From positions 111,482 to 175,481 of the forward strand of contig JBGARZ010000018.1 in the NCBI GenBank assembly GCA_044229975.1: a stretch of 64,000 bases of DNA, given 5' to 3'. The translations under genes were made by a program, and so were the position numbers. Below are positions 52,366-62,290 of this stretch, one piece after another (the stretch's first letter is position 1; each line of letters begins with the position of its first letter). This DNA comes from Polyangiales bacterium (lineage in GTDB: Bacteria; Myxococcota_A; Polyangia; Polyangiales; Ga0077539). Below the pieces are notes generated by a model. It was not told the DNA's origin, made no database searches, and was given only the letters and a program-made list of their open reading frames with translations.

Positions 52366-55300
52366 CACATGCACCCGTAGACGCCCGCCGTGAGCACGCA
52401 CGCCTGCCCCGCGGTGCACGCCACCCCGCACGCGCCGCAGTTCGTGACCAGGCTCAAGTCGGCCTCGCACCCGGTGGCGGCCATCGTGTCGCAGTCCGCG
52501 AAGCCCGCCGTGCAGGTGAACCCGCACGCCCCCGCGGCGCAGGTCGTCGTCGCGTTGGCGCGCGTCGGGCACACGACGCCGCAGCCCCCGCAGTTGCCCA
52601 CGTCCGCGGTGGTGGCCGTCTCGCAGCCGTTGGATCGCTTGTTGGTGTCGCAGTCCGCGAAGCCCGCCTCGCACGCGCCGGTGCACGCGCCGCCCGAGCA
52701 GGTCGCGGTCACGTGCGCCGTCGAGCACGCCATGCCGCAGCCGCCGCACGCCGTCGCGGTGGTGTTGACGTCGGTCTCGCAGCCGTCCGTCTGGAGGTTG
52801 CCGTTGCAGTTGGCGCGGCCCGCCGAGCACGCCCCGCTGCACGCCCCGGCGGCGCAGGCCCGCGTGGCGAGGCCGTCCGCCGAGCACACCGTCCCGCACG
52901 CGCCGCAGTTGTCCGGGTCGATGCTCGTGTCGCGGCACGCGCCGCTGCACATCGCGAGGGAGCCGCAGGAGACCTGGCAGGTTCCGCCCGAGCAGACCCG
53001 GCCCGCGGGGCACGCGGCGCCGCACGCACCACAGTGGGCGTTGTCGCTGAGCAGGTTGCGCTCGCAGCCGTTGGTCGCGACGCCGTCGCAGTCGCCGAAG
53101 CCCTCGTTGCAGCGCGCGAGGTTGCACGTCCCCGCCGAGCACCCCGCCACCGCGTTGGCCACCGAGCACACCGCGTTGCACCGCCCGCAGTTGGTCGCGC
53201 TGGTCTCGGTGCTGGTCTCGCACCCGTTGGCCACGCTGCCGTCGCAGTTGCCCAGGCCCGCGCTGCACGCGATGGTGCACACGCCGCCGACGCAGCCCGC
53301 CGTCCCCCCGGTCGCGGCGCACCTGACGCCGCACCCGCCGCAGTTGTCTACGTCGGTGAGGATGGTCACCTCGCACCCGTCCCCGGACGTCCCGTTGCAG
53401 TCGCGGCGATCGCTCGGGCAGCTCACGCTGGAGGTCCCGCACACGGAGCTCGCACACACCGCAGAGGTGCCCGCTGGTGGCGACGGGCAGCGCGTCCCGC
53501 ACCCGCCGCAGTTGTTGGTGTCGCCCGCCGCGACGTTGACCTCGCAGCCGTCGACCGGGTTCATGTTGCAGTCGCGGAAGCCCGCGTTGCAGGCGCCCAT
53601 GGCGCAGCGCCCGGCCATGCAGGTCGCCGCCGCGTTGGCGAACTGGCAGCGGTTGCCGCACACCCCGCAGTGGCTCCCGTCGGTGAGGGTGTTGGTCTCG
53701 CACCCGTTGGCTGCCGTGCCGTCGCAGTCGGCCGACCCCGCGTTGCACGCCGCGAGGTAGCACGCCCTCATCCGGCACCCGGCCACGCCGTTGGGAAAGG
53801 TGCACACGCGCCCGCAGGTCATGCAGTTGCGCGCGTCGTTGGCGAGGTCGCGGCACACGCCCGTGCACGACGTGGTGCCCGTCGCGCAGGTCGAGGTGCA
53901 GGCGCCCGAAGCACACACCTGGCCCGCGGCGCAGGCCGTCGCGCAGGTGCCGCAGTTGGCGGTGTCCGTCGACAGGTCGCGGCACACGCCCGAGCACGCG
54001 CCCTGCCCCGTCGGGCACTGGCATCGGCCGGTCACACAGCGCGTCCCGCCCGCACAGACGTTGCCGCACGCCCCGCAATGGTTGTTGTCGGCCTGGTCGT
54101 TGACGCAGGCCCCGGCGCAGACCCGCTGCCCCGCGGCGCAGGTCACGCGACACGTCCCGTCGACGCACGCCTGACCGCCCGGGCACGCGTTGCCGCACGC
54201 CCCGCAGTGGCGGTTGTCGGCGCCGAGGTTGGTCTCGCACCCGTTGGCGGCCATGGCGTCGCAGTTGCCGAAACCCGCTGCGCACGAGGCCACCGCGCAC
54301 ACACCCATGACGCAGCCCGGCGTCGCATTGGGCAGCACGCACGCGCGCCCGCACGCTCCGCAGTGGGTCGCGCTGCCGCGCACGTTGGTCTCGCACCCGT
54401 TGGCGCGCATGCCGTCGCAGTCGCCGAGCCCGGGCGAGCACGCGAGCGAACACACCCCCGACGCGCAGCTCGCGGCACCACCCGTGGTGGGGCACCGAAC
54501 GCCGCAGCCGCCGCAGTGGCTGACGTCACCGCTCACCTCGGTCTCGCAGCCGTCCGTCATGACGCCGTTGCAGTCGCGACGGTCGACCGGGCACACGAGC
54601 AGTGAGATGCCGCACGCGCCGTCGTTGCACACGGCGCTCGCGCCCGCGGGGGGAGAGGGGCAGCGCGTCCCGCAGGCGCCGCAGTGGTTGACGTCGCCGA
54701 CGGCGGTGTTGACCTCGCACCCATCGGCCGGGTTGCCGTTGCAGTCGGCGTAGCCCGCGTTGCATGCGCCCATGCCGCAGCGGCCCGCGACGCACGTCGC
54801 AGCGGCGTTGGCCGCGCCGCAGCGGTTGCCGCACACGCCGCAGTTGGTGGGGTCCGTGCCGGTGGCGGTCTCGCAGCCGTTGGCGGGGTTGCCGTCGCAG
54901 TTGCCGAAGCCATCGCGGCAGCCGAGGAGCGAGCACTGCCCGCCCGCGCAACCCGCCGTGCCGCCCGCGAAGTCGCAGCGCACGCCGCACGCGCCGCAGT
55001 TGGACTCGGAGGTCAGCGCAACGCAGAGCCCGCCGCACATCGCGCGGTCGGGACCGGTGCATCCGCCGCACAGGCCACCGATGCAGGTCGCGCCCACGCA
55101 GCCGTTGGCGCAGCAGGGCTGACCCGTTCCGCCGCAGGGGCGACAGACGCCCATCACGCACGCGAGGGACGCGTCGGCGCAAGCACCGCTCGCGTCGGCG
55201 GAGGCGCAGCACGCGGCGTTGGCCGAGCCACAGGCGGAAGTGACCTCCGCGGCGTCCATGGAGCGGCCGGAGTCCACCTCGGTGACGGCGACGTCGGCGC

Positions 55301-55427
55301 GCTGCGAAGGAAGCGGCGGGGCAAAGACACAACCCGCCGAGGCGAGGAAGCCGAGTACGAAGAGTCCGGCGATGCGCGGGAGGTACGCGCGGAGGGCGTT
55401 CGCATCGTGAGCCCGAAGGATGGTCAT
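52365..55427 (-). CDS. Large Cys-rich repeat lipoprotein
   Basis: Lipobox SAGC; 13 CDG...GCE...CGxCG repeats plus shorter CxxGxC repeats. Start uncertain. Confidence 0.82.
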   Translation of the reverse strand: MTILRAHDANALRAYLPRIAGLFVLGFLASAGCVFAPPLPSQRADVAVTEVDSGRSMDAAEVTSACGSANAACCASADASGACADASLACVMGVCRPCGGTGQPCCANGCVGATCIGGLCGGCTGPDRAMCGGLCVALTSESNCGACGVRCDFAGGTAGCAGGQCSLLGCRDGFGNCDGNPANGCETATGTDPTNCGVCGNRCGAANAAATCVAGRCGMGACNAGYADCNGNPADGCEVNTAVGDVNHCGACGTRCPSPPAGASAVCNDGACGISLLVCPVDRRDCNGVMTDGCETEVSGDVSHCGGCGVRCPTTGGAASCASGVCSLACSPGLGDCDGMRANGCETNVRGSATHCGACGRACVLPNATPGCVMGVCAVASCAAGFGNCDAMAANGCETNLGADNRHCGACGNACPGGQACVDGTCRVTCAAGQRVCAGACVNDQADNNHCGACGNVCAGGTRCVTGRCQCPTGQGACSGVCRDLSTDTANCGTCATACAAGQVCASGACTSTCATGTTSCTGVCRDLANDARNCMTCGRVCTFPNGVAGCRMRACYLAACNAGSADCDGTAANGCETNTLTDGSHCGVCGNRCQFANAAATCMAGRCAMGACNAGFRDCNMNPVDGCEVNVAAGDTNNCGGCGTRCPSPPAGTSAVCASSVCGTSSVSCPSDRRDCNGTSGDGCEVTILTDVDNCGGCGVRCAATGGTAGCVGGVCTIACSAGLGNCDGSVANGCETSTETSATNCGRCNAVCSVANAVAGCSAGTCNLARCNEGFGDCDGVATNGCERNLLSDNAHCGACGAACPAGRVCSGGTCQVSCGSLAMCSGACRDTSIDPDNCGACGTVCSADGLATRACAAGACSGACSAGRANCNGNLQTDGCETDVNTTATACGGCGMACSTAHVTATCSGGACTGACEAGFADCDTNKRSNGCETATTADVGNCGGCGVVCPTRANATTTCAAGACGFTCTAGFADCDTMAATGCEADLSLVTNCGACGVACTAGQACVLTAGVYGCM

Positions 55428-55554
55428 GGTGATCGAGATGCTCCGCACGTGGTCCGCCGAACGTTGTGCAGCGACCCACATGTCGCAAGGCGTCACAGGT
55501 GGCCCGTTGCCATGCGGAGAGCGCGGCTCTAGCAGGGCACCTGCGACCCGATAG

Positions 55555-56643
55555 ATGCCCATGAACCACCGCACCCACGCCGCCGCGATCGCCTGTCTCT
55601 CCCTCGCGCTGACGTCCTCCGCGGCGTGGGCCCAGGGCGCGGTCGAGGCCGACCTCGCGCGGGGCGTCGCGCTCCGTCGCCAGGGGCAGGACCAGGCGGC
55701 GTTGGAGGTGTTTCAGTCCGCGTGGCGAAGGTCGCGGGCGCCGCGCGCGCTGGCGCAGGTCGCCCTCGCCGAACAGGCGCTCGGTCACTGGGTCGACGCC
55801 GAGGAGCACCTCGTCGAGGCGCTCGAAGGCTCCGGGGACGCCTGGGTGCGGAGCCACCTCGCGGTGCTTCAATCAGCGCTCGCCGAGATCAGGCAGCACG
55901 TCGGGCGACTGGACGTCAGCGGCGAACCCGCGGGCGCCGAGGTCGTCGTGGACGGCCGGGTGCTCGCCACCCTCCCCCTGGCGCGCCCGCTGCGGGTGCT
56001 GACCGGGTCGGTGACCTTCACCGTGCGCCGCGACGGATATGTTCCGCTCACCCGAACGGTGCAGGTCGGTGCGAGCTACCCCTTGCGCGAGCCCGTCACG
56101 CTGGCCCGCGTCCCACCGGCGGTGGTGGCGGTCGAGCAGCCTCCGGCGCTGGTGGTGGTGCTTCGACCGGTGGAGCAACCCGTGCGACGCACACACACGT
56201 CGCGCGTTCGGTACGCGGGCTACGCGCTCCTCGGGACAGGCGCGGCGACGCTCGTCGTGTCGGGTGTCTTCCTTGGACTGAACCTCAGCCTCGCGAGCGA
56301 CGCGGAGGCCGCGACGCCATCGTCGGCCGAGCCCTTCGGGGCGTGGTCGAGGTTTCAGGCGAGGGCCAGCAACACCACGGCGGGCACGTCGGACGCGCAG
56401 TGTGCGCTCGCCCAGCAGCAGACGAGCGCCGACGCGATGCAGGTGCGCGACCTGTGCGACCGGGCCTCGACGTCGGCGACCGTGGCGCTGGTCGCGGGCA
56501 TCGCGGGCGGGGCGGTGGCCTTGACGGGAATCATCCTCGCGGCGGCGGGGCACGACCGCGAGGAGACGGTGACGGCGCGCTGGTCGGTGGCGCCGTGGTT
56601 CGCGCAGCGCACGGGCGGCGCGTCGCTCCAGGGCGTCTGGTAG
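55555..56643 (+). CDS. TPR + PEGA domain protein with C-terminal hydrophobic segments
   Basis: Signal peptide; TPR-like ALAQVALAEQALG; PEGA EPAGAEVVVDG...RRDGY. Confidence 0.82.
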   Translation: MPMNHRTHAAAIACLSLALTSSAAWAQGAVEADLARGVALRRQGQDQAALEVFQSAWRRSRAPRALAQVALAEQALGHWVDAEEHLVEALEGSGDAWVRSHLAVLQSALAEIRQHVGRLDVSGEPAGAEVVVDGRVLATLPLARPLRVLTGSVTFTVRRDGYVPLTRTVQVGASYPLREPVTLARVPPAVVAVEQPPALVVVLRPVEQPVRRTHTSRVRYAGYALLGTGAATLVVSGVFLGLNLSLASDAEAATPSSAEPFGAWSRFQARASNTTAGTSDAQCALAQQQTSADAMQVRDLCDRASTSATVALVAGIAGGAVALTGIILAAAGHDREETVTARWSVAPWFAQRTGGASLQGVW

Positions 56644-56653
56644 CGGGTATGGC

Positions 56654-57631
56654 TCAGCGCGCGAGCTCGGCGACGATCCAGTCGACGAAGACCTTCGTCG
56701 GGTCGAAGCCGACGATCTCCTCGGCGTCGCGCACGAAGTTGGAGAGCGCGTTGATGTCGTAGAAGTAGCGGCGACCGTCGCGGGTGGAGACGAGGTACTC
56801 GATGCCGCCGACGTCGAGCTTCGCGGCGGCCATGATGGCGCGAGCGCTCTCGACGACCTCGGGGGCCTCGACGTGGTTTTCGATGCGGAGCTTCTTGGCG
56901 GGGGCCTGCACCACGCAGAGTTCGAAGTCGGTCTGCGCGGAGGTGTCGACGGGCGGGGGTTGTCCCGGCGTGACCTGGCAGATGTCCGCCGGGCAGAGGT
57001 TGAAGTCGGTGGTGTCGGGGAAGATCTTCACCGAGTAGAGGTGCCGCGCGCCGAGCATCTCGACACGGACGATGTGGCCGTCCTGCGCGGGGTGAAACTC
57101 CTGCACCAGCACCACGCCATCGACGCCGTAGCTGGGCGACGCGTCGAGCCACGCGTCGAGCGAGGCGCGGTCGTCGAAGCGAACGATGCCGGCGCCTGAT
57201 CCGCCGATGTTGGGCTTCACGACGATGGGGTATTCGAGCTGCGCGGCGGCGGCGCGCACGGAGCTCGCGTTGTTGGCGACGAGGGTGCGCGGCGTGCTGA
57301 TGCCGAGCCGCGCGAGGAGCATCGCCTGGAGGGCCTTGCTGGTCTCCAGCAGGTACGGTCCGACGCCGTTGACGACGCGCGCCCCGGTGGTCTCGTAGTA
57401 GGCGAGCGCGGCCTGGCCGAAGAAGATGGCCGAGGCGTGGTCGCGCTTCCACGCCGAGGGCGAGGCGCGGTTGATGACCATGGAGTAGGCGCGCTCGCGC
57501 TTCGACGGGTCGAAGTGGTGGTCGTGGAGCGGGAGCTCGACGAAGGGGAGGTCACGGCGGGCGAGCTCGGCGTAGAGCCGCTTCTGCCACTCGGGGTGCT
57601 CGTTGAGAACGGCAATGGGAAGGGTCGTCAT
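56654..57631 (-). CDS. ATP-grasp ligase (RimK/glutathione-synthetase-like)
   Basis: YPIVVKPNIGGSGAGI, LVQEF, GGIEY, YDINALSNF. Confidence 0.85.
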   Translation of the reverse strand: MTTLPIAVLNEHPEWQKRLYAELARRDLPFVELPLHDHHFDPSKRERAYSMVINRASPSAWKRDHASAIFFGQAALAYYETTGARVVNGVGPYLLETSKALQAMLLARLGISTPRTLVANNASSVRAAAAQLEYPIVVKPNIGGSGAGIVRFDDRASLDAWLDASPSYGVDGVVLVQEFHPAQDGHIVRVEMLGARHLYSVKIFPDTTDFNLCPADICQVTPGQPPPVDTSAQTDFELCVVQAPAKKLRIENHVEAPEVVESARAIMAAAKLDVGGIEYLVSTRDGRRYFYDINALSNFVRDAEEIVGFDPTKVFVDWIVAELAR

Positions 57632-58644
57632 GGGCCGAGAGGGGTAGCACAGGGCACACGGGGGGACGGTTTCAGCTTTTCACCTTCCGGATCGGAAGGT
57701 GAAAAGCTGAAACCGTCCCCGCCCCCTCCCTCCGACTCCAGCGCGCTCGCCCCCAGGAGCACCAACGCCACCCAGACCAGATCGGCCATCAGCAGGTGCA
57801 CCAGCTGTAGCCACACGGGCGCCAGCAGAAACACGTTGGCCAACCCGAGTCCGAGCTGCACCACCACCGCGCCCACGAGCGCCACACCCAGTACCTTCGT
57901 CGACCGTCGTCGCGTCACCGCGTAGCCCGACACCGCGCTCACCAGCACCGCGCCCGTTGCGGCCACGGCCACCACCGGGTGCCAGATGCGCAGCCGCAGC
58001 AGCAGGTGCGCGCCCGTGTTGAAGTCCTGCGCGTACCCTTCCGCAAACGACCGCGCCGGAAACAGCGTGTCCCCCAGCGCCGCGATGGACCCGGTCACGG
58101 CCACCGCCATCACCGCCGCCACCGTGAACGCGTACACCGCCGTCAGCCACGGCCGTCGCGCCAGCGCGAAGCGCTGGTGCCCGTAGGCCCACCACGCCGT
58201 GAGCGTGAGCGCTGCCACCAGCGCAAAGGTGTTGACCAGGTGCGCCGCCCCAAACCACGCCCGCGTCATCGACGTGTTGCCCGCCACCAGGCGGAAGAGC
58301 ACCAGCCCCGCGCCCAGCAGCGCCTCGCTCACGATCAGCAGCCCCGAGAACACCGCCCCGCGGCGCACCGGGTCGCCCTTCGGCTTCCACCGGAACGCCA
58401 GCACCAGCAGCCCGAGCACCAGCACCAGCGAGACGCCCGACGTGATGCGGTGCGTGAACTCGATGACCATCTCCAGCGAGCGGGCCCGCGGGAGCACCTC
58501 GCCGTTGCACATGGGCCAGTGGTCGCCGCAGCCGGCGCCCGATCCGGTGGCGCGCACGAAGGCGCCCCACACGATCACCGCGAGGTTGTAGACGACCGTC
58601 GCGACGGCGTAGCGACGGAGCAGAACGGAACGGGGCTCGGACAC
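57628..58644 (-). CDS. ctaA: COX15/CtaA family heme A synthase-like protein
   Basis: GSGAGCGDHWPMCNG, IEFTHR, further conserved His residues, 8 TM helices. The C-terminal tail is encoded by a palindrome. Start uncertain (58644-58680). Confidence 0.85.
   Translation of the reverse strand: MSEPRSVLLRRYAVATVVYNLAVIVWGAFVRATGSGAGCGDHWPMCNGEVLPRARSLEMVIEFTHRITSGVSLVLVLGLLVLAFRWKPKGDPVRRGAVFSGLLIVSEALLGAGLVLFRLVAGNTSMTRAWFGAAHLVNTFALVAALTLTAWWAYGHQRFALARRPWLTAVYAFTVAAVMAVAVTGSIAALGDTLFPARSFAEGYAQDFNTGAHLLLRLRIWHPVVAVAATGAVLVSAVSGYAVTRRRSTKVLGVALVGAVVVQLGLGLANVFLLAPVWLQLVHLLMADLVWVALVLLGASALESEGGGGDGFSFSPSDPEGEKLKPSPRVPCATPLGP
57662..57720. repeat. REP-like palindrome, family A copy 2 (perfect 28-bp arms, 3-nt loop)
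   Basis: GGGGACGGTTTCAGCTTTTCACCTTCCG-GAT-CGGAAGGTGAAAAGCTGAAACCGTCCCC. Confidence 0.92.
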
Positions 58645-58845
58645 GGCGCGAATCTGCGGGCCGCGGCCCCCGGGAATCAAGCCTCGACCGCTTGGACGCG
58701 GCGATGAGCCGATCGCGGAGAACGGGTTTCGGCGGGAGGGTGTTCGGGTAGACTGCGCGCGCGGCGGTGGCCCCGGTCACCCACCCGGAGCATCTGATCG
58801 ACAGAGGTCCCGCGGTCGGTGACGGCGGGCGCCTCGGAGGAAACC

Positions 58846-60195
58846 TTGTCCGACGAACTTCCCAAGGGACGCATCGCTCGCGGTCTGGCGTTGGTGAAGC
58901 TGGCGGCCAACGAGCTCCCTGGCGTGGCCAACCGCCTCATCCGCAACGGCGATCAGCCCCTCGACGCCGCCGTTCTACGCGCCTCCGCCGAGCGCGCGCT
59001 CAAGACCCTGGGCGAGCTCCGCGGCCTCGCCATGAAGGTCGGGCAGACCGTCTCGTACGTGGACGGCCTGCTCCCTCCGGAGGCGACCGAGGTCTACCAG
59101 AAGACCCTCGCGGCGCTTCAGTCGCAGGCGCCGACGGTGAGCTTCGAAGACCTCAAGGCGGAGATCGAGCGCGGCCTCGGACGACCGCTCGCCGAGGCGT
59201 ATGTCCGCTTCGAGGAGAAGCCCCTCGCGGCGGCGAGCATCGGGCAGGTGCACCGCGCGGCCATCCTCGACCCCGACGGCTCGGGGCGCGAGATCGAGGT
59301 CGTGGTGAAGGTGCAGTACCCCTCCATCGCCCAGGCCCTCCGCAGCGACCTCAAGAACCTCGACTCGCTCCGCCCGATGGTCGCCATGCTCGCGCCCGGC
59401 GCCGACACCCGCGGCGGCTTCGAGGAGGTCATCAAGCACATCGCGCAGGAGCTCGACTACACGCTTGAGCTCGCCAACCAGGAGCGCTTCCGCGAACTGG
59501 TGAAAGACCTGCCGGGGATGATGGTTCCGCGGCCGTACGCGACGCACACCGGCAAGAACGTCCTCACCATGGACTTCGTCGACGGCCGCACGCTGCGCGA
59601 CGTCGCCGAACACGGCGAGCAAGAACTCCGCGACCGCGTGGGCATCGCCATCTTCCGCTTCACGCTGGGCATGGCGATGGGGCGCGGGGTGTTCAACACC
59701 GACCCGCACCCGGGCAACTACCTCGTGACGCCCGACGGCACCGTGGCCTTCCTCGACTTCGGGAGCGTGAAGGCGCTGCCCGAGACGCTCTACAAGCAAT
59801 GGCGCGAGGTCGCGATGCTGCTCGTCACGGGCCAGCACGACGAGTGGCGCAAGCGGTCGAGCGAGCTCTTCGGCATGGAGGCGATGGACCCCGAAGTGCG
59901 GCGCCTCCATCAAGACCAGATGATCGCCACCGCTGCGATGGTGGCCCGCGACGAGGAGGTGACCATCGACCGCGCGATGTTGCGCGAGGCCGTGCGCGGA
60001 GGCGTTCGCACCGCCAAGGACATCGGCCGCACCGCGGGATGGATTCCGTCGCGCTCGAAGACCATGGCCATTCCGCCGGACTTCGTGATGGTGGGGCGCA
60101 TGCAGGTCGGGCTCTTCGCCGTCCTCGCGCAGCTCCACCCGCGCGCCAACTGGAACCGCATCCTCCGCGGCATGCTGGAGTCGTCGCCCGACTGA
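58846..60195 (+). CDS. ABC1/AarF/UbiB family atypical kinase
   Basis: MKVGQ, AAASIGQVHRA, VKVQYP, ELDY, DPHPGN, LDFG. TTG 58846 after GGAGG. Confidence 0.92.
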   Translation: MSDELPKGRIARGLALVKLAANELPGVANRLIRNGDQPLDAAVLRASAERALKTLGELRGLAMKVGQTVSYVDGLLPPEATEVYQKTLAALQSQAPTVSFEDLKAEIERGLGRPLAEAYVRFEEKPLAAASIGQVHRAAILDPDGSGREIEVVVKVQYPSIAQALRSDLKNLDSLRPMVAMLAPGADTRGGFEEVIKHIAQELDYTLELANQERFRELVKDLPGMMVPRPYATHTGKNVLTMDFVDGRTLRDVAEHGEQELRDRVGIAIFRFTLGMAMGRGVFNTDPHPGNYLVTPDGTVAFLDFGSVKALPETLYKQWREVAMLLVTGQHDEWRKRSSELFGMEAMDPEVRRLHQDQMIATAAMVARDEEVTIDRAMLREAVRGGVRTAKDIGRTAGWIPSRSKTMAIPPDFVMVGRMQVGLFAVLAQLHPRANWNRILRGMLESSPD

Positions 60196-60215
60196 CCGGG
60201 GCCCCGCCGGGACCT

Positions 60216-61190
60216 CTATCCGCCGTCGCGGCAGAAGGTCACGACCGGGTTCATCGAGCAGCCGAAGTCGGCGCAGTCGCGAAAGCCGTTGCAGTCGTTG
60301 TCCACGCCGTCGGCGCAGTTGGTGGTGGTGTTCTCGCTGCCGCGGCAGGTGCATCCGGCCGGCGCGTTGCGGCCCGGCGGGCACGAGCCCTGGCACGAGC
60401 AGTTGTTGTCGGCGCAGTCGAAGAAGCCGTCGCAGTCGTTGTCGAGGCCGTCACCGCAGGCTGCGGCGGTGTTCTCGAGCGCACCGCCAGAGTCGCAGGC
60501 CGGACGGTCGGTCGCGGCGCCGCCGTCGCGCGGACAGATCGTGACGGGCGAGCGCTGGCAGTCGAAGTCCATGCAGTCGACGTAGCCGTCGCAGTCGTTG
60601 TCGATGCGGTCGCCGCACTGGGTGTTGGTGTTCTCGGCGCCCGTCACCACGCACCCGTTGTCCGGTACGCCCGCGTCGTGCGGGCAGAGGGTCACCGACG
60701 ACGACATCGAGCAGCTGAAGTCCACGCAGTCGACGTAGCTGTCGCAGTCGTTGTCGATGCCGTCCGAGCACTGACCGTTGCTGCTCTCGTCGCCCGTGCG
60801 AACGCACCCCGCGTCGACCGGCGGCGGCGAACAGATCGGGTCGCACCCCGGGTCGGTGCAGTCGTTGAAACCATCACAGTCGTTGTCGACGCTGTCGCGG
60901 CACTCGGCGACGGTGTTCTCCCCGCCCGTCGCAACACAGCCAGTCGTGTCGGCGGGTGAGCCCGCGTCGCGGGGCGTGCCGTCGTCGGTCGCGGTCACCG
61001 TCCCGCGGTCTTCGGCCGCGCCGACATCCGTGGGGTCGACGCCGCTGTCCATGGTCACGACACCCCGGTCCGTCGTCGGCGGAACGTCCGCCACCGGAAG
61101 GATGAGCCCGCCGTCGCCGCGCGCGCCGCAGCCTCCCGCCGCAAGCGCCAGCACCAGGGTCATCCAACCGCGTCGTCCCGAGGCGTTCAT
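60216..61190 (-). CDS. Lipoprotein with five Asp/Cys-rich repeats (ExxxxxCxDxxDNDCDGxxDCxDxxC)
   Basis: Lipobox AGGC; five repeats visible in the translation. Confidence 0.82.
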   Translation of the reverse strand: MNASGRRGWMTLVLALAAGGCGARGDGGLILPVADVPPTTDRGVVTMDSGVDPTDVGAAEDRGTVTATDDGTPRDAGSPADTTGCVATGGENTVAECRDSVDNDCDGFNDCTDPGCDPICSPPPVDAGCVRTGDESSNGQCSDGIDNDCDSYVDCVDFSCSMSSSVTLCPHDAGVPDNGCVVTGAENTNTQCGDRIDNDCDGYVDCMDFDCQRSPVTICPRDGGAATDRPACDSGGALENTAAACGDGLDNDCDGFFDCADNNCSCQGSCPPGRNAPAGCTCRGSENTTTNCADGVDNDCNGFRDCADFGCSMNPVVTFCRDGG

Positions 61191-61273
61191 AGGCACGGCC
61201 CTCTATCACCCTTCGCTCTCCCTTTCACGGCATCGGCAACGGGGCGCTGACCTCTGGTAGGTTGCGCCCCCCG

Positions 61274-62287
61274 ATGTTGGCGAGCTCTCCACCACCTCCT
61301 TTGCTCGAAGGGCGGTACTTCGTCACTGGCGCCGGGGGCTTCATCGGCGCTCACCTCGTCCGACGCCTCACGGCCGCGCGCTGCGAGGTGGTCGCCGCCG
61401 ACCTCACCGCCCCCGCCGACCTCCCAGCCGGGGCGACCTTCGTCCGCTGCGATCTGCGCGACCGCGCCTCCGTCGTGCGCGCAGTGCAGGGCTGCGGAGC
61501 GACGCGCGCCGTGCACCTCGCCGCGAAGGTCGGCGACCGCGGACCGACCGCCGACTACGAGGCCGTCAACGTCACAGGAACCGAGTGGCTGCTCGACGCC
61601 CTCCTCGACGCGCGCTTCGAGCACATCATCCACGTGAGCACCGTCGCCGTGCACGGACCATCCGTGGGCGAGCGCACCACCGAGGGCGCGCGCATCGTCA
61701 CCGAGGGTTCGCGGTACGCGGCGAGCAAGGCGCGGGGCGAGCTCGCCGCGCGCAAGCGACAGGTCGAGGGAGCGCCCATCACCATCGTGCGCCCCGGCGA
61801 CGTCTACGGCGTGGGTAGCGTCGCGTGGGTCGAGCGGCCCATCGAGCTGATGCGCAAGCGGCAGATGGTTCTGGTCGAAGGGGGCCGCGGGCGCTTCGCG
61901 CACCTGCACATTGACAACCTCCTCGACGCGCTGAGCCTGGTGTTTGCGTCGCCCGTGACGCGCGGCGAGACCTACCTCCTCACCGACGGCGACATGACGA
62001 TGACCTTCGTCGAGTACTTCGGCCGCCTCGCCGACGCGGTGGGCCTCGCGCCGCCGTCGGTGTCGCTCCCGGCCTTCGCCGCGAGGGCCCTCGCGAAGAC
62101 CCTCGAAGCGGGCGCGCGCGTCACCGGGACCGAAGCGCCCTTCACCGCGGCGATGGTGGACTACGTGCTTCGGACGGGTTCGTTCGATGTGCGCAAGGCG
62201 CGCGAGGCGCTCTCGTGGACGCCGCGCGTGATGCTGGAAAGCGGCCTGCGAGAGATCGGTCGGCGGTACGGAAGGCTGGTGACCTGA
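61274..62287 (+). CDS. NAD-dependent epimerase/dehydratase (extended SDR, 3-beta-HSD-like)
   Basis: VTGAGGFIG, HLAA, YAASK, RPGDVYG. Confidence 0.9.
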   Translation: MLASSPPPPLLEGRYFVTGAGGFIGAHLVRRLTAARCEVVAADLTAPADLPAGATFVRCDLRDRASVVRAVQGCGATRAVHLAAKVGDRGPTADYEAVNVTGTEWLLDALLDARFEHIIHVSTVAVHGPSVGERTTEGARIVTEGSRYAASKARGELAARKRQVEGAPITIVRPGDVYGVGSVAWVERPIELMRKRQMVLVEGGRGRFAHLHIDNLLDALSLVFASPVTRGETYLLTDGDMTMTFVEYFGRLADAVGLAPPSVSLPAFAARALAKTLEAGARVTGTEAPFTAAMVDYVLRTGSFDVRKAREALSWTPRVMLESGLREIGRRYGRLVT

Positions 62288-62290
62288 GCC

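Noticed and set aside
52366..54495. Apparent 1176-aa kinase with a long N-terminal extension
   Set aside because: The extension is an alternative frame of the Cys-rich gene; the kinase starts at the ATG at 52365 overlapping the upstream stop.
56654..57631. ATP-grasp genes (here and 14522-15475) as possible RiPP (graspetide) maturases
   Set aside because: No adjacent precursor peptide; the first is a typical RimK-like protein and the second sits behind ctaA.
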